In this document: positions 51,479-62,759 of the stretch, one piece after another | How positions within the stretch are numbered: the first letter of the stretch is position 1 | How the letters are laid out: the number at the start of each line of letters is the position of its first letter | Assembly (NCBI RefSeq): GCF_000619805.1 | Contig: NZ_JHUV01000009.1 | Location: 101,771-165,770 of the forward strand | Direction of reading: 5' to 3' | From: Sulfurihydrogenibium subterraneum DSM 15120 | GTDB taxonomy: Bacteria > Aquificota > Aquificia > Aquificales > Hydrogenothermaceae | Length of the DNA: 64,000 nt | Notes under the pieces: generated by a model | The model's input: the letters and a program-made list of their open reading frames with translations, nothing else | Told to the model about the DNA's origin: nothing | The model's database searches: none | Position numbers and translations under genes: made by a program

Positions 51479-52792
51479 TTAATCGCCTCCGTTTATTCTT
51501 CCTTCTAAAGAAAATCTATTTACTTTTTCAATTTTTACATTTACAATTTGTCCAATATAATCCTGTGGACCTTCTACGTGGACTAACTTGTTAGTCCTTG
51601 TTCTTCCAGTTAATTTTCCTTCTTCGTTTATCTCTTCTATTAAGACTTCTACCGTTTTTCCTTCGTAAGATAAATTCTTCTTAAAAGTTATATCTTTTTG
51701 TATGTTTATCAAGTCGTTTAGCCATTTTGATACTGTTTCTGGTGATTCTGTCATAGGCATATCAGCTGCTGGCGTTCCTGGCCTTGGTGAGTATTTAAAT
51801 GCAAACACTTGGTTGTACTCTACTTCTTTTATAACTTTAACGGTTTCAAGGTAATCTTCGTAAGTTTCTCCTGGAAATCCTACGATTATGTCAGTAGAAA
51901 GAGCTATGTCAGGAATGTACTTTTTAAGTAGCTCAATCTTTTGAAGATACTCTTTTTGTGTGTAGCCTCTATCCATTGCTTGTAGTATTTTATCAGACCC
52001 TGCCTGTATAGGAAGGTGAAGAGCTTCACATACTTGTGGTAGGTCTGCCATTACTTTTATCGTGTCTTCGTCTAAGTCTCTTGGGTGTCCTGTGGTAAAT
52101 CTTATTCTTTCTACATCTGGAACGCTGGCTACAGCTTGCAAGAGCTCCCAGAATTTAACGTCTCCTAAGTCTTTACCGTATGCCGTTACGTTTTGACCTA
52201 TTAAATGAATCTCTTTAACGCCATCTTCTACTAAAAATTGGACTTCTCTTAAAATGTCTCCTATTCTACGGCTTCTTTCTCTTCCTCTTGTTGTAGGAAC
52301 TATACAGTAAGTACACTTTTTATCACATCCTCTTATAACAGTTACAAAAGCTGTGTATTTATTTTCTCTGACCGTTGGAAACTGGTCTAAAAGATTTTCG
52401 TTTTCGTCTATCTCTTCAAGTATTTCAACTGCTTTGTTTCCAGATTTTGCTTCTTCAAGGAGCTGTGGTAGATGGTGTATGTTTGTTGTTCCAAAAACCA
52501 TATCTATAAAAGGAGCTTTTTGTAGTATCTCGTAGCCTGCTCTCTGGGCTAAGCATCCACAAACGCCAATAACTGCGTTTGGTTTATCTTTTTTTATTTT
52601 TTTAAACTCTCCTAAAGCGGATAAAACTTTTTGGTCTGGTTTTTCTCTTACAGAGCAGGTATTTACTAAAATGACGTCTGCATCTTTCCAGTCTTCTGCT
52701 GGCTCATAACCTAATGTTTTTAATATACCTGCCATCTTTTCAGAGTCGTTAACGTTCATCTGACAGCCAAAAGTTCTTATGTAATACTTCAT
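51479..52792 (-). CDS. miaB: tRNA-i6A37 methylthiotransferase MiaB
   Basis: MTTase N-terminal Cys triad (FGCQMN...), a radical-SAM CxxxCxxC (CDKKCTYC), and a TRAM domain. Confidence 0.9.
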   Translation of the reverse strand: MKYYIRTFGCQMNVNDSEKMAGILKTLGYEPAEDWKDADVILVNTCSVREKPDQKVLSALGEFKKIKKDKPNAVIGVCGCLAQRAGYEILQKAPFIDMVFGTTNIHHLPQLLEEAKSGNKAVEILEEIDENENLLDQFPTVRENKYTAFVTVIRGCDKKCTYCIVPTTRGRERSRRIGDILREVQFLVEDGVKEIHLIGQNVTAYGKDLGDVKFWELLQAVASVPDVERIRFTTGHPRDLDEDTIKVMADLPQVCEALHLPIQAGSDKILQAMDRGYTQKEYLQKIELLKKYIPDIALSTDIIVGFPGETYEDYLETVKVIKEVEYNQVFAFKYSPRPGTPAADMPMTESPETVSKWLNDLINIQKDITFKKNLSYEGKTVEVLIEEINEEGKLTGRTRTNKLVHVEGPQDYIGQIVNVKIEKVNRFSLEGRINGGD

Positions 52793-52802
52793 TCCTTACC
52801 TC

Positions 52803-54113
52803 TTATTTGTTTTCAAAAACTCTTTTGTATATATAATCAATATTCTTTAAAAATTCATCAACATTAAAAATTTTGTCTATTTCTTCTTTTGTCAAGCGTG
52901 AATTAACATCAGGGTCTTGTAAGAGGGTATCCTTAAACATTAGTCCTTCTGTATCCCAAGCTTTCATAGCGTTTCTCTGGACTATATCGTAAGCTTCGTC
53001 TCTTGATAGTCCTTTTTCTACCAGTGCAACCAATACTTTTGATGAGAAGTATAAACCTTTTGATTTATCCATATTTTTTCTCATGTTTTCAGGATAGACA
53101 ACTAAGTCTTTTAAAACATTTTTTGTAAGGTGTAGTATGTAATCAAGGGCTATGGCAGTATCAGGCATAATAACTCTTTCAACTGATGAGTGGGATATAT
53201 CTCTTTCGTGCCATAGGGCTATATCTTCCATTGCTGGAATTGCGTTTGCCCTTATTACTCTTGCAAGTCCTGTAATTCTCTCACAGGTTATAGGATTTTT
53301 CTTGTGAGGCATTGCGGAAGAGCCTCTTTGTCCTTTTTTAAATGGTTCTTGAGCTTCTAAAACTTCAGTCCTTTGTAAGTGTCTTATCTCAACTGCTATT
53401 TTTTCTAATGAAGAAGCTGTTATTGCCATAGCCGTCATAAACTCTGCATGTCTATCTCTTTGTATAACCTGATTTGCAACAGGCTCAGGTTTTAGTCCAA
53501 GCTCTGCAAGGGTAAGTTCTTCAAGTTGTGGTGGAATGTTTGAATAGGTTCCAACAGCTCCTGAAATTGTTCCTACTGACACTACTTCCCTTGCATTTTC
53601 AAGTCTTCTTTTATTTCTTTTAAACTCTTCATACCACAGGGCAAACTTTAAGCCGAAAACCATTGGTTCAGCGTGAACTCCGTGAGTCCTTCCCATCATA
53701 ACAGTATCTTTGTATTTAAATGCATTTTCTTTAAGTATCTCTAAAAGCTCGTCAACACTTTCTATAAGTAGGTCTAAAGCTTCTCTCATAACAAGGGCTA
53801 AAGCTGTATCTATAACATCCGAGGAAGTAAGTCCAAGGTGTATGTACCTTCCGTTTTCTCCTACCTGTTGGGCTACAGCTGTTACGAATGCTAAAACGTC
53901 GTGGTTGTATATTTTGTCAAGCTCGTGTATCTTTTCTACTGTTTGGTCATCTATATGAGTCTTTTCTATAATTTCTTTTAAAGCATCGTCTGGGATTTTC
54001 CCCATTTTATTCCAAGCCTTACAAACGGCTATCTCTACATCAAGCCATTTTTGAAATTTATTTTTTTCGCTCCATATATAACCCATCTGTTCTCTTGTGT
54101 ATCTTTTTATCAT
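52803..54113 (-). CDS. purB: adenylosuccinate lyase
   Basis: Fumarase/ASL family signature ([10 protein letters not shown]) in a 436-aa protein. Confidence 0.95.
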   Translation of the reverse strand: MIKRYTREQMGYIWSEKNKFQKWLDVEIAVCKAWNKMGKIPDDALKEIIEKTHIDDQTVEKIHELDKIYNHDVLAFVTAVAQQVGENGRYIHLGLTSSDVIDTALALVMREALDLLIESVDELLEILKENAFKYKDTVMMGRTHGVHAEPMVFGLKFALWYEEFKRNKRRLENAREVVSVGTISGAVGTYSNIPPQLEELTLAELGLKPEPVANQVIQRDRHAEFMTAMAITASSLEKIAVEIRHLQRTEVLEAQEPFKKGQRGSSAMPHKKNPITCERITGLARVIRANAIPAMEDIALWHERDISHSSVERVIMPDTAIALDYILHLTKNVLKDLVVYPENMRKNMDKSKGLYFSSKVLVALVEKGLSRDEAYDIVQRNAMKAWDTEGLMFKDTLLQDPDVNSRLTKEEIDKIFNVDEFLKNIDYIYKRVFENK

Positions 54114-55558
54114 GAGAGCTCCTCTTTTAGTATTTTGTTAACAAGTTGTGGATTTGCTTTTCCTTTTGTTTCTTTCATTATTTGACCTACTAAAAATCCT
54201 AATATTTTTTCGTTTCCTGATTTGTATTTTTCTACTTCTGCTGGGTGTTTTTCTAAGACTGCTTTTACTATAGACCTGATTTCATCTTCGTTTGATATTT
54301 GTTTTAAACCCTTTTCTTCTACTATACTTTTTGGTGATTTTCCTGTTTCAAAGGCAATGTCAAAGACTTCTTTTGCTATCTTTCCTGATATTGTTCCATC
54401 TGCTATGAGAGATATAAGCTCTGCAAAACTAACAGGTGAAATAGGTGAATTTTCTATTTCTATACCTTTTTCGTTTAATCTTCCAAGTAGTTCGTTTAGA
54501 ATCCAGTTTGAGACTAATTTTGGATTTTGTGAAAAGTGTTTAATTACTTCTTCAAAGTAGTTTGCAAGATTTTTATCTGACGTTAAAACTTCTGCATCAT
54601 AAGGTGGAAGGTTAAAGGATTGAATGTATCTGTGATACTTTTGGTCTGGGAGCTCTGGAAGGGATTTTTTTATCTCTTCTATCTGGGAATCTTTTAAGAC
54701 TATTGGTAGTAGGTCTGGGTCTGGGAAGTATCTGTAGTCGTGTGCCTCTTCTTTTGTTCTCATTGTGTAGGTTTTACCTGAATCTGGGTCAAAGAGTCTT
54801 GTCTCTTGGATTATTTTTTCTCCTTTTTTTAGGAGTTTTGCCTGTCTTTCTATTTCGTATTCAATGGCTTTTACTATAAATCTAAATGAGTTTATGTTTT
54901 TAAGTTCTACTTTTGTTCCAAGTTGGCTTGCGCCTTTTGGTTTTAGTGATATGTTAACGTCACATCTAAGCTGTCCTTTTTCCATATCAGCTTCTGATAC
55001 GCCTATGTATCTCATTATGTTTCTTAGTTTTTCTAAATACTTCCTTGCCTCTTCAGCTGAAGATATATCTGGCTCGGTAACTATTTCCATTAAAGGAGTT
55101 CCAGCTCTGTTTAAATCTACGTAGGATTTGCTACCTTCGTGTATGGTTTTTCCTGCATCTTCTTCTATATGAAGTCTGTGGATTCTTATCTTTTTAAACT
55201 CATCTTCTAACTTTATCTCTATGTAGCCATCTGTTGCTAAGGGTTTGTCATACTGAGATATTTGATAACCTTTTGGAAGGTCAGGATAAAAGTAATTTTT
55301 CCTTGCCATTATTGAAAGGTTGTGGACTTTACAATTTAAGGCTAAAGCTGCTTTTACAGCATACTCAATGGCTGTTTTGTTTATTACAGGTAAGCTACCA
55401 GGGTGGGCAAGGCATACAGGACATATGTTTGTGTTAGGTGGAGCTCCATACTCTACCTTACATCCACAAAACATTTTTGTTTTTGTGTTCATCTGGACGT
55501 GGGTTTCAAGACCTATAACTACGTCAAACTCTTTTTCTAAAGCTACAGCTGACTCCAT
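54110..55558 (-). CDS. gatB: Asp-tRNA(Asn)/Glu-tRNA(Gln) amidotransferase subunit B
   Basis: [20 protein letters not shown]...[13 protein letters not shown]-terminus and a C-terminal YqeY-like domain. Confidence 0.95.
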   Translation of the reverse strand: MESAVALEKEFDVVIGLETHVQMNTKTKMFCGCKVEYGAPPNTNICPVCLAHPGSLPVINKTAIEYAVKAALALNCKVHNLSIMARKNYFYPDLPKGYQISQYDKPLATDGYIEIKLEDEFKKIRIHRLHIEEDAGKTIHEGSKSYVDLNRAGTPLMEIVTEPDISSAEEARKYLEKLRNIMRYIGVSEADMEKGQLRCDVNISLKPKGASQLGTKVELKNINSFRFIVKAIEYEIERQAKLLKKGEKIIQETRLFDPDSGKTYTMRTKEEAHDYRYFPDPDLLPIVLKDSQIEEIKKSLPELPDQKYHRYIQSFNLPPYDAEVLTSDKNLANYFEEVIKHFSQNPKLVSNWILNELLGRLNEKGIEIENSPISPVSFAELISLIADGTISGKIAKEVFDIAFETGKSPKSIVEEKGLKQISNEDEIRSIVKAVLEKHPAEVEKYKSGNEKILGFLVGQIMKETKGKANPQLVNKILKEELS

Positions 55559-55577
55559 CTTTTTACCTCTTTATAGA

Positions 55578-55877
55578 TTATTTTTTTCCAGAAAGTGGAG
55601 CTTTAAGGTTTTTTATAGCTCTCTCTGATGCAAATTTGTATCTTATGTCTTGTTTTGCTAATTTTTCTAACTCTGCTTTAATCTGTTTTTCAGCTTCATC
55701 ACTAGCGTTTTTATAGCCAAGGACGTAGGCAACTATGGCTATTAGTGCAAAGCCAAAAAACTCAACTATTTTCCCTAAAACTGTAGATGTTGATTGTAAA
55801 AATAAACCTCCAACTGCCATTATTATTCCAGCTGCAAGAATAAACTTCCAGTATTTTAAGATAGTTTCTCCAAGCAT
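55578..55877 (-). CDS. small membrane protein, hypothetical
   Basis: The longer ORF (to 56000) would overlap tRNA-Ser. An internal ATG at 55875-55877 is preceded by AAGGAG, giving a ~99-aa protein with two TM segments. Confidence 0.4.
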   Translation of the reverse strand: MLGETILKYWKFILAAGIIMAVGGLFLQSTSTVLGKIVEFFGFALIAIVAYVLGYKNASDEAEKQIKAELEKLAKQDIRYKFASERAIKNLKAPLSGKK

Positions 55878-55957
55878 AATAACTCCTTGTGGTGAAAATT
55901 TTTTAATATTATACTTGAATTTTTTATAAGATTGGAGTATATTATAAATCTGCTTAC

Positions 55958-56045
55958 GGAGGAGTGGCTGAGTGGACGAAAGCGGGTGATTTGAAATCAC
56001 TTGAGGGTTGACAGCCCTCCGGGGGTTCGAATCCCTCCTCCTCCG
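55958..56045 (+). tRNA. tRNA-Ser (UGA anticodon)
   Basis: 88 nt with acceptor GGAGGAG/CTCCTCC, anticodon stem GGTGA/TCACT around loop TTTGAAA (anticodon TGA), a long variable arm, and T-arm GGGGGTTCGAATCCCTC. Confidence 0.9.
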
Positions 56046-56349
56046 CTTAACATTTACCTTGACAACCGAATAGGTTTTAATCCCACTTAAGTTTTTGATA
56101 ATCTGGTAAAATTAACTTATTAATAACAATTATTATTAAGTTTTGCATCGTGATAACAGAAAATATATTATTGTAATAATCAAGTAGTGATAAGGGTGAA
56201 AGTGGGAATATAATAGAAAATATATTTGCATTATGTGAGGTTTGATGCAATTAACCTCAATTTGTGAGCGGTTAACGAAAATAAAAACTGCCAGCAAACC
56301 AGTATCATTACTTGATTATTTAAAATTTTTTATTTTTAAAAATTAACGG

Positions 56350-56907
56350 GTTTTGTCTGAACTATGTGGGATAGAAAGGAAAATCAAAAAAATAGCTGAA
56401 GAAGAGCTACAAGCTGGTTTTGTCTGAACTATGTGGGATAGAAAGTTGAAGCTGCTTTGTTAACAACTTCTGCTTTTATTACGTTTTGTCTGAACTATGT
56501 GGGATAGAAAGGAACATTTTTTTATTATTTTCTTTTTTATTTTTTCTAGTTTTGTCTGAACTATGTGGGATAGAAAGACGAGTGCTGTTATTATAGCACC
56601 CGCATAAGGAAAAAGTTTTGTCTGAACTATGTGGGATAGAAAGTTTCTAACATGACATCATCAATCTCAAAATATTTTTTGGTTTTGTCTGAACTATGTG
56701 GGATAGAAAGTCATCGTATTGAGAGGTAAATTTTATCACTGGGACTAAGTTTTGTCTGAACTATGTGGGATAGAAAGTAATTCTCCCTGCCACGAATGAC
56801 TGCACTGATACCTGTTTTGTCTGAACTATGTGGGATAGAAAGGTTTTTCTTCTGGGTTGTAGTATTTCCTGTATTCCTGTTTTGTCTGAACTATGTGGGA
56901 TAGGTTT
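56350..56907 (+). CRISPR. CRISPR array of nine 29-nt repeats (GTTTTGTCTGAACTATGTGGGATAGAAAG) and eight 36-38-nt spacers. The last repeat is degenerate, and no cas genes occur within the window.
   Basis: Perfect direct repeats begin at 56350, 56417, 56483, 56549, 56615, 56682, 56749 and 56814, with a degenerate copy at 56879-56907 (...GGGATAGgttt). An AT-rich 300-bp leader lies between tRNA-Ser and the first repeat. The repeat 3' end, ATAGAAAG, resembles a Cas6-type 8-nt handle. Confidence 0.9.
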
Positions 56908-56957
56908 AATTACAATTTTTAAACAGAGAGCTTATAAAAACGATTATGATATCGTTT

Positions 56958-57231
56958 ATAGTTTCTAAAAACTTATTGACAAATCATATCGAAAGATTAT
57001 ATAATTATGTATATGAAAGCAAAAGAATATTAAAAGTTTTAAGAATAAGTAGAATAACATAATTAATGAAAGAGGCAAAGCCTCTAAGGACGGTAAGATT
57101 AACGCTTAACTTAATTTGAAAAGTAACCTGCGAGTCTCTATTAGAGATAGCAGGTAGAAGGCCATTACGGGTACACTGCAAGATAGCTTTGTTTACCAGT
57201 TAGTATCTGTAAGTGTACCTTGAATGATGAA
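56958..57231 (+). mobile_element. internally deleted (MITE-like) derivative of the 41338-43080 TnpB element, in the opposite orientation
   Basis: 56958-57047 aligns, on the opposite strand, to 43000-43080 (for example ATAGTTTCTAAAAACTTATTGACAAAT). 57061-57231 aligns to 41340-41550 with a ~30-bp internal deletion and a 41-to-6-bp indel. Its + strand still encodes a C-terminal remnant, ...KVTCESLLEIAGRRPLRVHCK, interrupted by a TGA. Confidence 0.6.
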
Positions 57232-57395
57232 AAATAGAGTGTATAAGTTTTACACTATCAAGGAAGCTGTAAGAAATCTCTAGCTAATTTTAAATAAGTT
57301 TAAACCCAAAACAATGATTATCATTACAATAATAGAAGCTATAAGTAAGATTTTTAGTTTTCGATTTTCTGCTTTCACTTCATTTAATTTTTTTC

Positions 57396-57968
57396 TTACA
57401 GGCGAAAAACTGCTTTGACCTCCTCTAACATCTTTTTTCTCTCTTCATCTGATACGTATGGTACAGCATAAAATATTTTGTGCTGAATAACTTTCATTCC
57501 GCAGAAGGTAAATATTCCACCTATTGTCTTTTTCAAACATTCTGACATTCCAGTAGATACAGCTGTATTTTCATCTTCTCCCATAGTATTGAAAATAATT
57601 ACTTTTTTGTCAGTTAGAAGTGGTTTTATTTCGCCGTTTTCTTCAGCGTAAGCAAAACCGTAAGAAAAAACTCTATCTATGTATCCTTTTAGTATAGCTG
57701 GCATTGAGTACCACCATATTGGATGAATTACAACTAGTGTATCAGCATTTTTTACAAGGGTTTGTTGATGTTTAACATCGTCTAAAACTTTGCTTTGCAT
57801 TATAGCTTCAAAGCCTTGAGGTTTTAACACTGGGTCAAAGTTTATTTGGTACAAATCTACAGTTTCAAAGCTTTTTCCTGCATTTTTTAAAGTTTCTTCA
57901 ATAGTACTTTTTATAGCAGAGTTAAAACTCTTTGGATTTGGATGAGCGTAGATTATAAGATAATCCAT
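57396..57968 (-). CDS. NAD(P)H dehydrogenase (quinone)-like flavodoxin-fold oxidoreductase
   Basis: MDYLIIYAHPNPKSFN... is a Flavodoxin_2 pattern, 190 aa. Confidence 0.75.
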   Translation of the reverse strand: MDYLIIYAHPNPKSFNSAIKSTIEETLKNAGKSFETVDLYQINFDPVLKPQGFEAIMQSKVLDDVKHQQTLVKNADTLVVIHPIWWYSMPAILKGYIDRVFSYGFAYAEENGEIKPLLTDKKVIIFNTMGEDENTAVSTGMSECLKKTIGGIFTFCGMKVIQHKIFYAVPYVSDEERKKMLEEVKAVFRL

Positions 57969-58023
57969 GTGAAACCTCCTTTGTGAGAATTTATTTTTGC
58001 TTAAAATCTAATATTGCATAAGT

Positions 58024-58251
58024 TCATGTTGCATATGCGACAAGTTCATCGTTAAAAGTTATCTCTACTACTGCAAAAGCAACACTTTTACCGATTTTTA
58101 AAACTTTACCAATAGCTTTTAAAGTGCCTTTCTTTGCAGGTGCATGTTTAAGGCTCTCCCTGTTAGATATAAATCCTAAAATTTCAAATATCACTCCCAT
58201 CATCGTTAAAGCTATTGCAAAATGCACTGTAGGTGGATGTAGCTCTGTCAT
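58024..58251 (-). CDS. small membrane protein, possibly DUF2231-like
   Basis: HPPTVHFAIAL motif and one TM segment. 75 aa. Confidence 0.3.
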   Translation of the reverse strand: MTELHPPTVHFAIALTMMGVIFEILGFISNRESLKHAPAKKGTLKAIGKVLKIGKSVAFAVVEITFNDELVAYAT

Positions 58252-58253
58252 TG

Positions 58254-58937
58254 TTATTCCCCCTTATAATAACTTTCATCTTTAAACTTTACTTTTAAAT
58301 GAGTTCCATCACAGAAAGGCTTATTTTTTGAGTTTCCACATCTACAGAGTGTAATTCTATTTCTTATCTGATAAATGTATCCTTTCGAGGATTCTATCGG
58401 TATTCCACCTTTTACCCATATAGCAGAACTAACCCCTTTTAGATTATCTTCTAAAATAGTTATCTCTTTTTCTAAATTAGGTTCAATGTAATTACCATTT
58501 TTATCCTTTAAAACTAATCTTCCTGAAGGACAGTTTGAAACTATTTGTAAAATATCTTCATACTTTTCCTTATTATTTGGTTCTTTTATGATATCCCATA
58601 TTCCTTTTCCTTTTAGACAAAATCTTGCAGATGCACAAAGATACTTAATATCTAAAAGGTCTAAATCCTGTCCTTCAAATGTTTTGATATGCTCATCTTT
58701 AATCTCAATATCAGCTGTTTCTTCACCATCAAATCCTTGTTTATGTGAACCATTACAAAAAGGTTTGTTTTTTGATAGTCCACATCTACACAAAGCATAA
58801 GTTTCTTTTGTCTCAAATTTTTCCATTTTTTTCCAAGATTGAGGTATTATCATTTTATAGCTAATCATTTCTTCTCTGTATAGAGGAATATTACCTTCTA
58901 CTAAATATGGACCATTTTTTAGAACTTTTATTTTCAT
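58254..58937 (-). CDS. CDGSH-type iron-sulfur domain protein (two CDGSH motifs)
   Basis: CRCGLSKNKPFCNGSH and CRCGNSKNKPFCDGTH, the 2Fe-2S NEET-fold signatures. Confidence 0.8.
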   Translation of the reverse strand: MKIKVLKNGPYLVEGNIPLYREEMISYKMIIPQSWKKMEKFETKETYALCRCGLSKNKPFCNGSHKQGFDGEETADIEIKDEHIKTFEGQDLDLLDIKYLCASARFCLKGKGIWDIIKEPNNKEKYEDILQIVSNCPSGRLVLKDKNGNYIEPNLEKEITILEDNLKGVSSAIWVKGGIPIESSKGYIYQIRNRITLCRCGNSKNKPFCDGTHLKVKFKDESYYKGE

Positions 58938-59043
58938 TGATTAACTCCGGCTTTTGACTTAAGAATAAGAAGTGGTTATAGATTCTGATATATACTATGA
59001 TTTAAGTCATAAAAAAGCCCTCAGATAGAGGGCTGTGAATGGT

Positions 59044-59268
59044 TTAGCTATTTTTTGATAGAAACTCTTTTATCTTTAGCTCCATCAAATCTTTAAGGTA
59101 AAGTTTTCTTCTTTTTAATCTTTCTTCTTCTGCTTCCAGCTCTGGATCAGGTGGAAAGTGTTTTTCAATTTTAGAAACTTTCCATTCTAAATCTTTGTGT
59201 TCTTCGTACCAGTGTTTAAACTCTTCGTCTGTTTCTAAAAGTTTTTGAATTGCTTCTTCCCTTGTCAT
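59044..59268 (-). CDS. small coiled-coil protein, DUF465-like
   Basis: A 74-aa helical protein with an HxxL...LE pattern. Weak. Confidence 0.35.
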   Translation of the reverse strand: MTREEAIQKLLETDEEFKHWYEEHKDLEWKVSKIEKHFPPDPELEAEEERLKRRKLYLKDLMELKIKEFLSKNS

Positions 59269-59295
59269 AGCTTCACTCCTTTATTTAAAATTTTT

Positions 59296-60579
<1,284 letters not shown>

Positions 60580-60591
60580 TTATAACATGGC

Positions 60592-61527
60592 TTAAAAATG
60601 TCTAAAACCTCTGTTGTCTAACTTTTGAACTTTTCCTTGAGTTTTTAAGTAAACTCCTTCTCCTTCTTCTACGTATCCTATTTTTATTAAGTCTAAATCT
60701 TTATCGGAAGTTAAGGCAAGTTCGTACTCTTCTCCGCTATAAAAAATATACTCGTAAGGGTCTTTATTGTACTTTTGGCAAAACATTTTTAATCTTTCGT
60801 CAATTGGTAATTTTTCCTTTTCTATTACTATCTTTACTTTACTTTTTTCCGATATATGTCTTAAATCTGATACTAAACTATCGCTTACGTCTATACAGCT
60901 TGAAGATAGTTTTACTTTTTCTAAAAGGTCTATCCTTGCTTTTGGTTTGTAATGTTTTTGTATTAACTGTTTTTCAAACTCTTCATAACTATCTTTATTC
61001 ATTAAGATAAGTTCTAATCCTGCTTTTGATAAACCTAAGTTTGAAGATATATAAACATACTCTCCTGCCTTTGCTTTGTCTCTTCCTATAAATCTATCTG
61101 TCTGTCCTACCATTGACATGTCTATCATGAGCTGTTTTGAAGAAGATACATTTCCACCTATTGTAAAAAATCCGTAGTAGTCTTGAGCTTCTTTAATGCC
61201 TTCGTAAACGCCTTTTATAAACTCGTAATTTAAATCTTTTGGTAGAGCAAGAGAGATTAAAGCCCATCTTGGTTTTCCACCACAAGAGACTATATCGCTT
61301 ACATTTGAAGTAGAAAGCTTCCAACCTAAATCTTTTGGATTTATCTTCTCTTTAAGAAAGTGGGAGCCTTCCACTTGAATATCAACAGTAAAAAGTAAAA
61401 ACTCACTTCCTACTTTAACACAGGCACAGTCATCGCCATAGCCTACAATAACATCTTGGTCGTTTATTGGTAAAATCCGATTTAACTTATCAATAAGCCC
61501 AAACTCGCCTAACTCTTGGATTTTCAT
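60592..61527 (-). CDS. thiL: thiamine-monophosphate kinase
   Basis: N-terminal EFGLIDKL...GDDCA and an AIR-synthase-related fold. Confidence 0.8.
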   Translation of the reverse strand: MKIQELGEFGLIDKLNRILPINDQDVIVGYGDDCACVKVGSEFLLFTVDIQVEGSHFLKEKINPKDLGWKLSTSNVSDIVSCGGKPRWALISLALPKDLNYEFIKGVYEGIKEAQDYYGFFTIGGNVSSSKQLMIDMSMVGQTDRFIGRDKAKAGEYVYISSNLGLSKAGLELILMNKDSYEEFEKQLIQKHYKPKARIDLLEKVKLSSSCIDVSDSLVSDLRHISEKSKVKIVIEKEKLPIDERLKMFCQKYNKDPYEYIFYSGEEYELALTSDKDLDLIKIGYVEEGEGVYLKTQGKVQKLDNRGFRHF

Positions 61528-62702
61528 TAAAACATAAGCCTCATAGCTTCTTTTACTTCTTCCATTGTTTTACTGGCTATTTCCCTTGCTTTTTCGTTTC
61601 CTTCAGCTATTATTCTATCAAGTAGCTGTCTGTCTTTTTCCAATTCTTTTCTTTTTTCTCTGATGGGGGACAAAAATTTGTTTATGTTTTCTGCAAGTAT
61701 TTTTTTACACTCTATACATCCTATCTCTGCACTTCTACACTTTTGGTCTATCTGTTTTACTGTTTCCTCATCAGTAAAGTACTTGTGATAGCTAAATACA
61801 TTACAGACCTCTGGTCTTCCGGGGATAGATTTTTTAACTCTCTGGGTGTCTGTTTTCATAGATAAAACTTTTTTGTTTAACTGCTGTTCATCTTCACTAA
61901 GGGCTATCGTGTTTCCGTAAGATTTAGACATCTTTCTTCCATCTGTTCCAAGCAGTTTTGAAGCTTCTGTAAGTAATGCTTTTGGTTCTACAAAAACAGG
62001 TTTGTAAAGGTGGTTAAACCTTCTTGCTATTTCTCTGGTTATTTCTATGTGAGGAAGCTGGTCTTCTCCTACAGGGACTGCTTGCGCTTTGTAGATGAGT
62101 ATATCAGAAGCCATTAAAACTGGATAACCAAAAAATCCATAAGTATCTATATCTTTGCCTATATCTCCCTCTTTTAAATTAAATACTATCTCGTTTGATA
62201 GACTTTCATCTATAGATAGCTTTATCAAGCTTTCTTTAAGATATTCAAAATCTATTTCTTTTTTATGATAAAAACTTTCATAAACTATCTGTCTTACTGT
62301 ATCTTCTTCTATTTTTATACCTTTTCCAAATAAAAAGTCTCTAACATACTGAAAAAATAGGTTAAATTTTAAATCTTTGTAAGATGGGTTTAGTTCAAGC
62401 CAGCTTTTAGGTGTTATCATTCCAAGAAGTAATGTTAGTTCTGCGTGCTGTTTTACAGCTGACTGGACAAAGATTGTGGCTTTTGACGGGTCTATTCCGC
62501 AGGATATCCAGTCTATAACAAGGTCGTATATATTTTCCTTTAAATCAGAGGTGTCTTTATACTTGTTTGTTAAAGCATGCCAATCTGCAACAAAGAAAAA
62601 ACATTCATCACTGTTTTGAAGGTTAATCCAGTTTTTTATAACACCAAAGTAATGTCCAAGATGGAGCTTACCAGTTGGACGCATACCACTAACTATTCTC
62701 AT
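61527..62702 (-). CDS. trpS: tryptophan--tRNA ligase
   Basis: Class I motifs: HIGH-like PTGKLHLGHY and KMSKS (GRKMSKSYGN). Confidence 0.85.
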   Translation of the reverse strand: MRIVSGMRPTGKLHLGHYFGVIKNWINLQNSDECFFFVADWHALTNKYKDTSDLKENIYDLVIDWISCGIDPSKATIFVQSAVKQHAELTLLLGMITPKSWLELNPSYKDLKFNLFFQYVRDFLFGKGIKIEEDTVRQIVYESFYHKKEIDFEYLKESLIKLSIDESLSNEIVFNLKEGDIGKDIDTYGFFGYPVLMASDILIYKAQAVPVGEDQLPHIEITREIARRFNHLYKPVFVEPKALLTEASKLLGTDGRKMSKSYGNTIALSEDEQQLNKKVLSMKTDTQRVKKSIPGRPEVCNVFSYHKYFTDEETVKQIDQKCRSAEIGCIECKKILAENINKFLSPIREKRKELEKDRQLLDRIIAEGNEKAREIASKTMEEVKEAMRLMF

Positions 62703-62759
62703 AAAGCATCCTCCGATTTTTGTTATAATAATTTTACGATAAATTTGGAGGTTTTAAAA

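Noticed and set aside
55878-56000. The N-terminal part of the ORF-track CDS 55578..56000 (minus strand).
   Set aside because: It overlaps tRNA-Ser (55958-56045) on the opposite strand. An internal ATG with an AAGGAG RBS at 55877 gives a non-overlapping, more plausible gene.
56100-57400. Possible prophage or genomic island at the tRNA-Ser locus.
   Set aside because: No integrase, phage or plasmid genes are present. Only the CRISPR array and a ~270-bp miniature element lie between tRNA-Ser and the next housekeeping gene.
62577-62759. Upstream in-frame extension of leuD given by the ORF track.
   Set aside because: It overlaps the trpS start region and has no RBS, whereas the TTG at 62760 is preceded by GGAGG and begins the conserved LeuD N-terminus.
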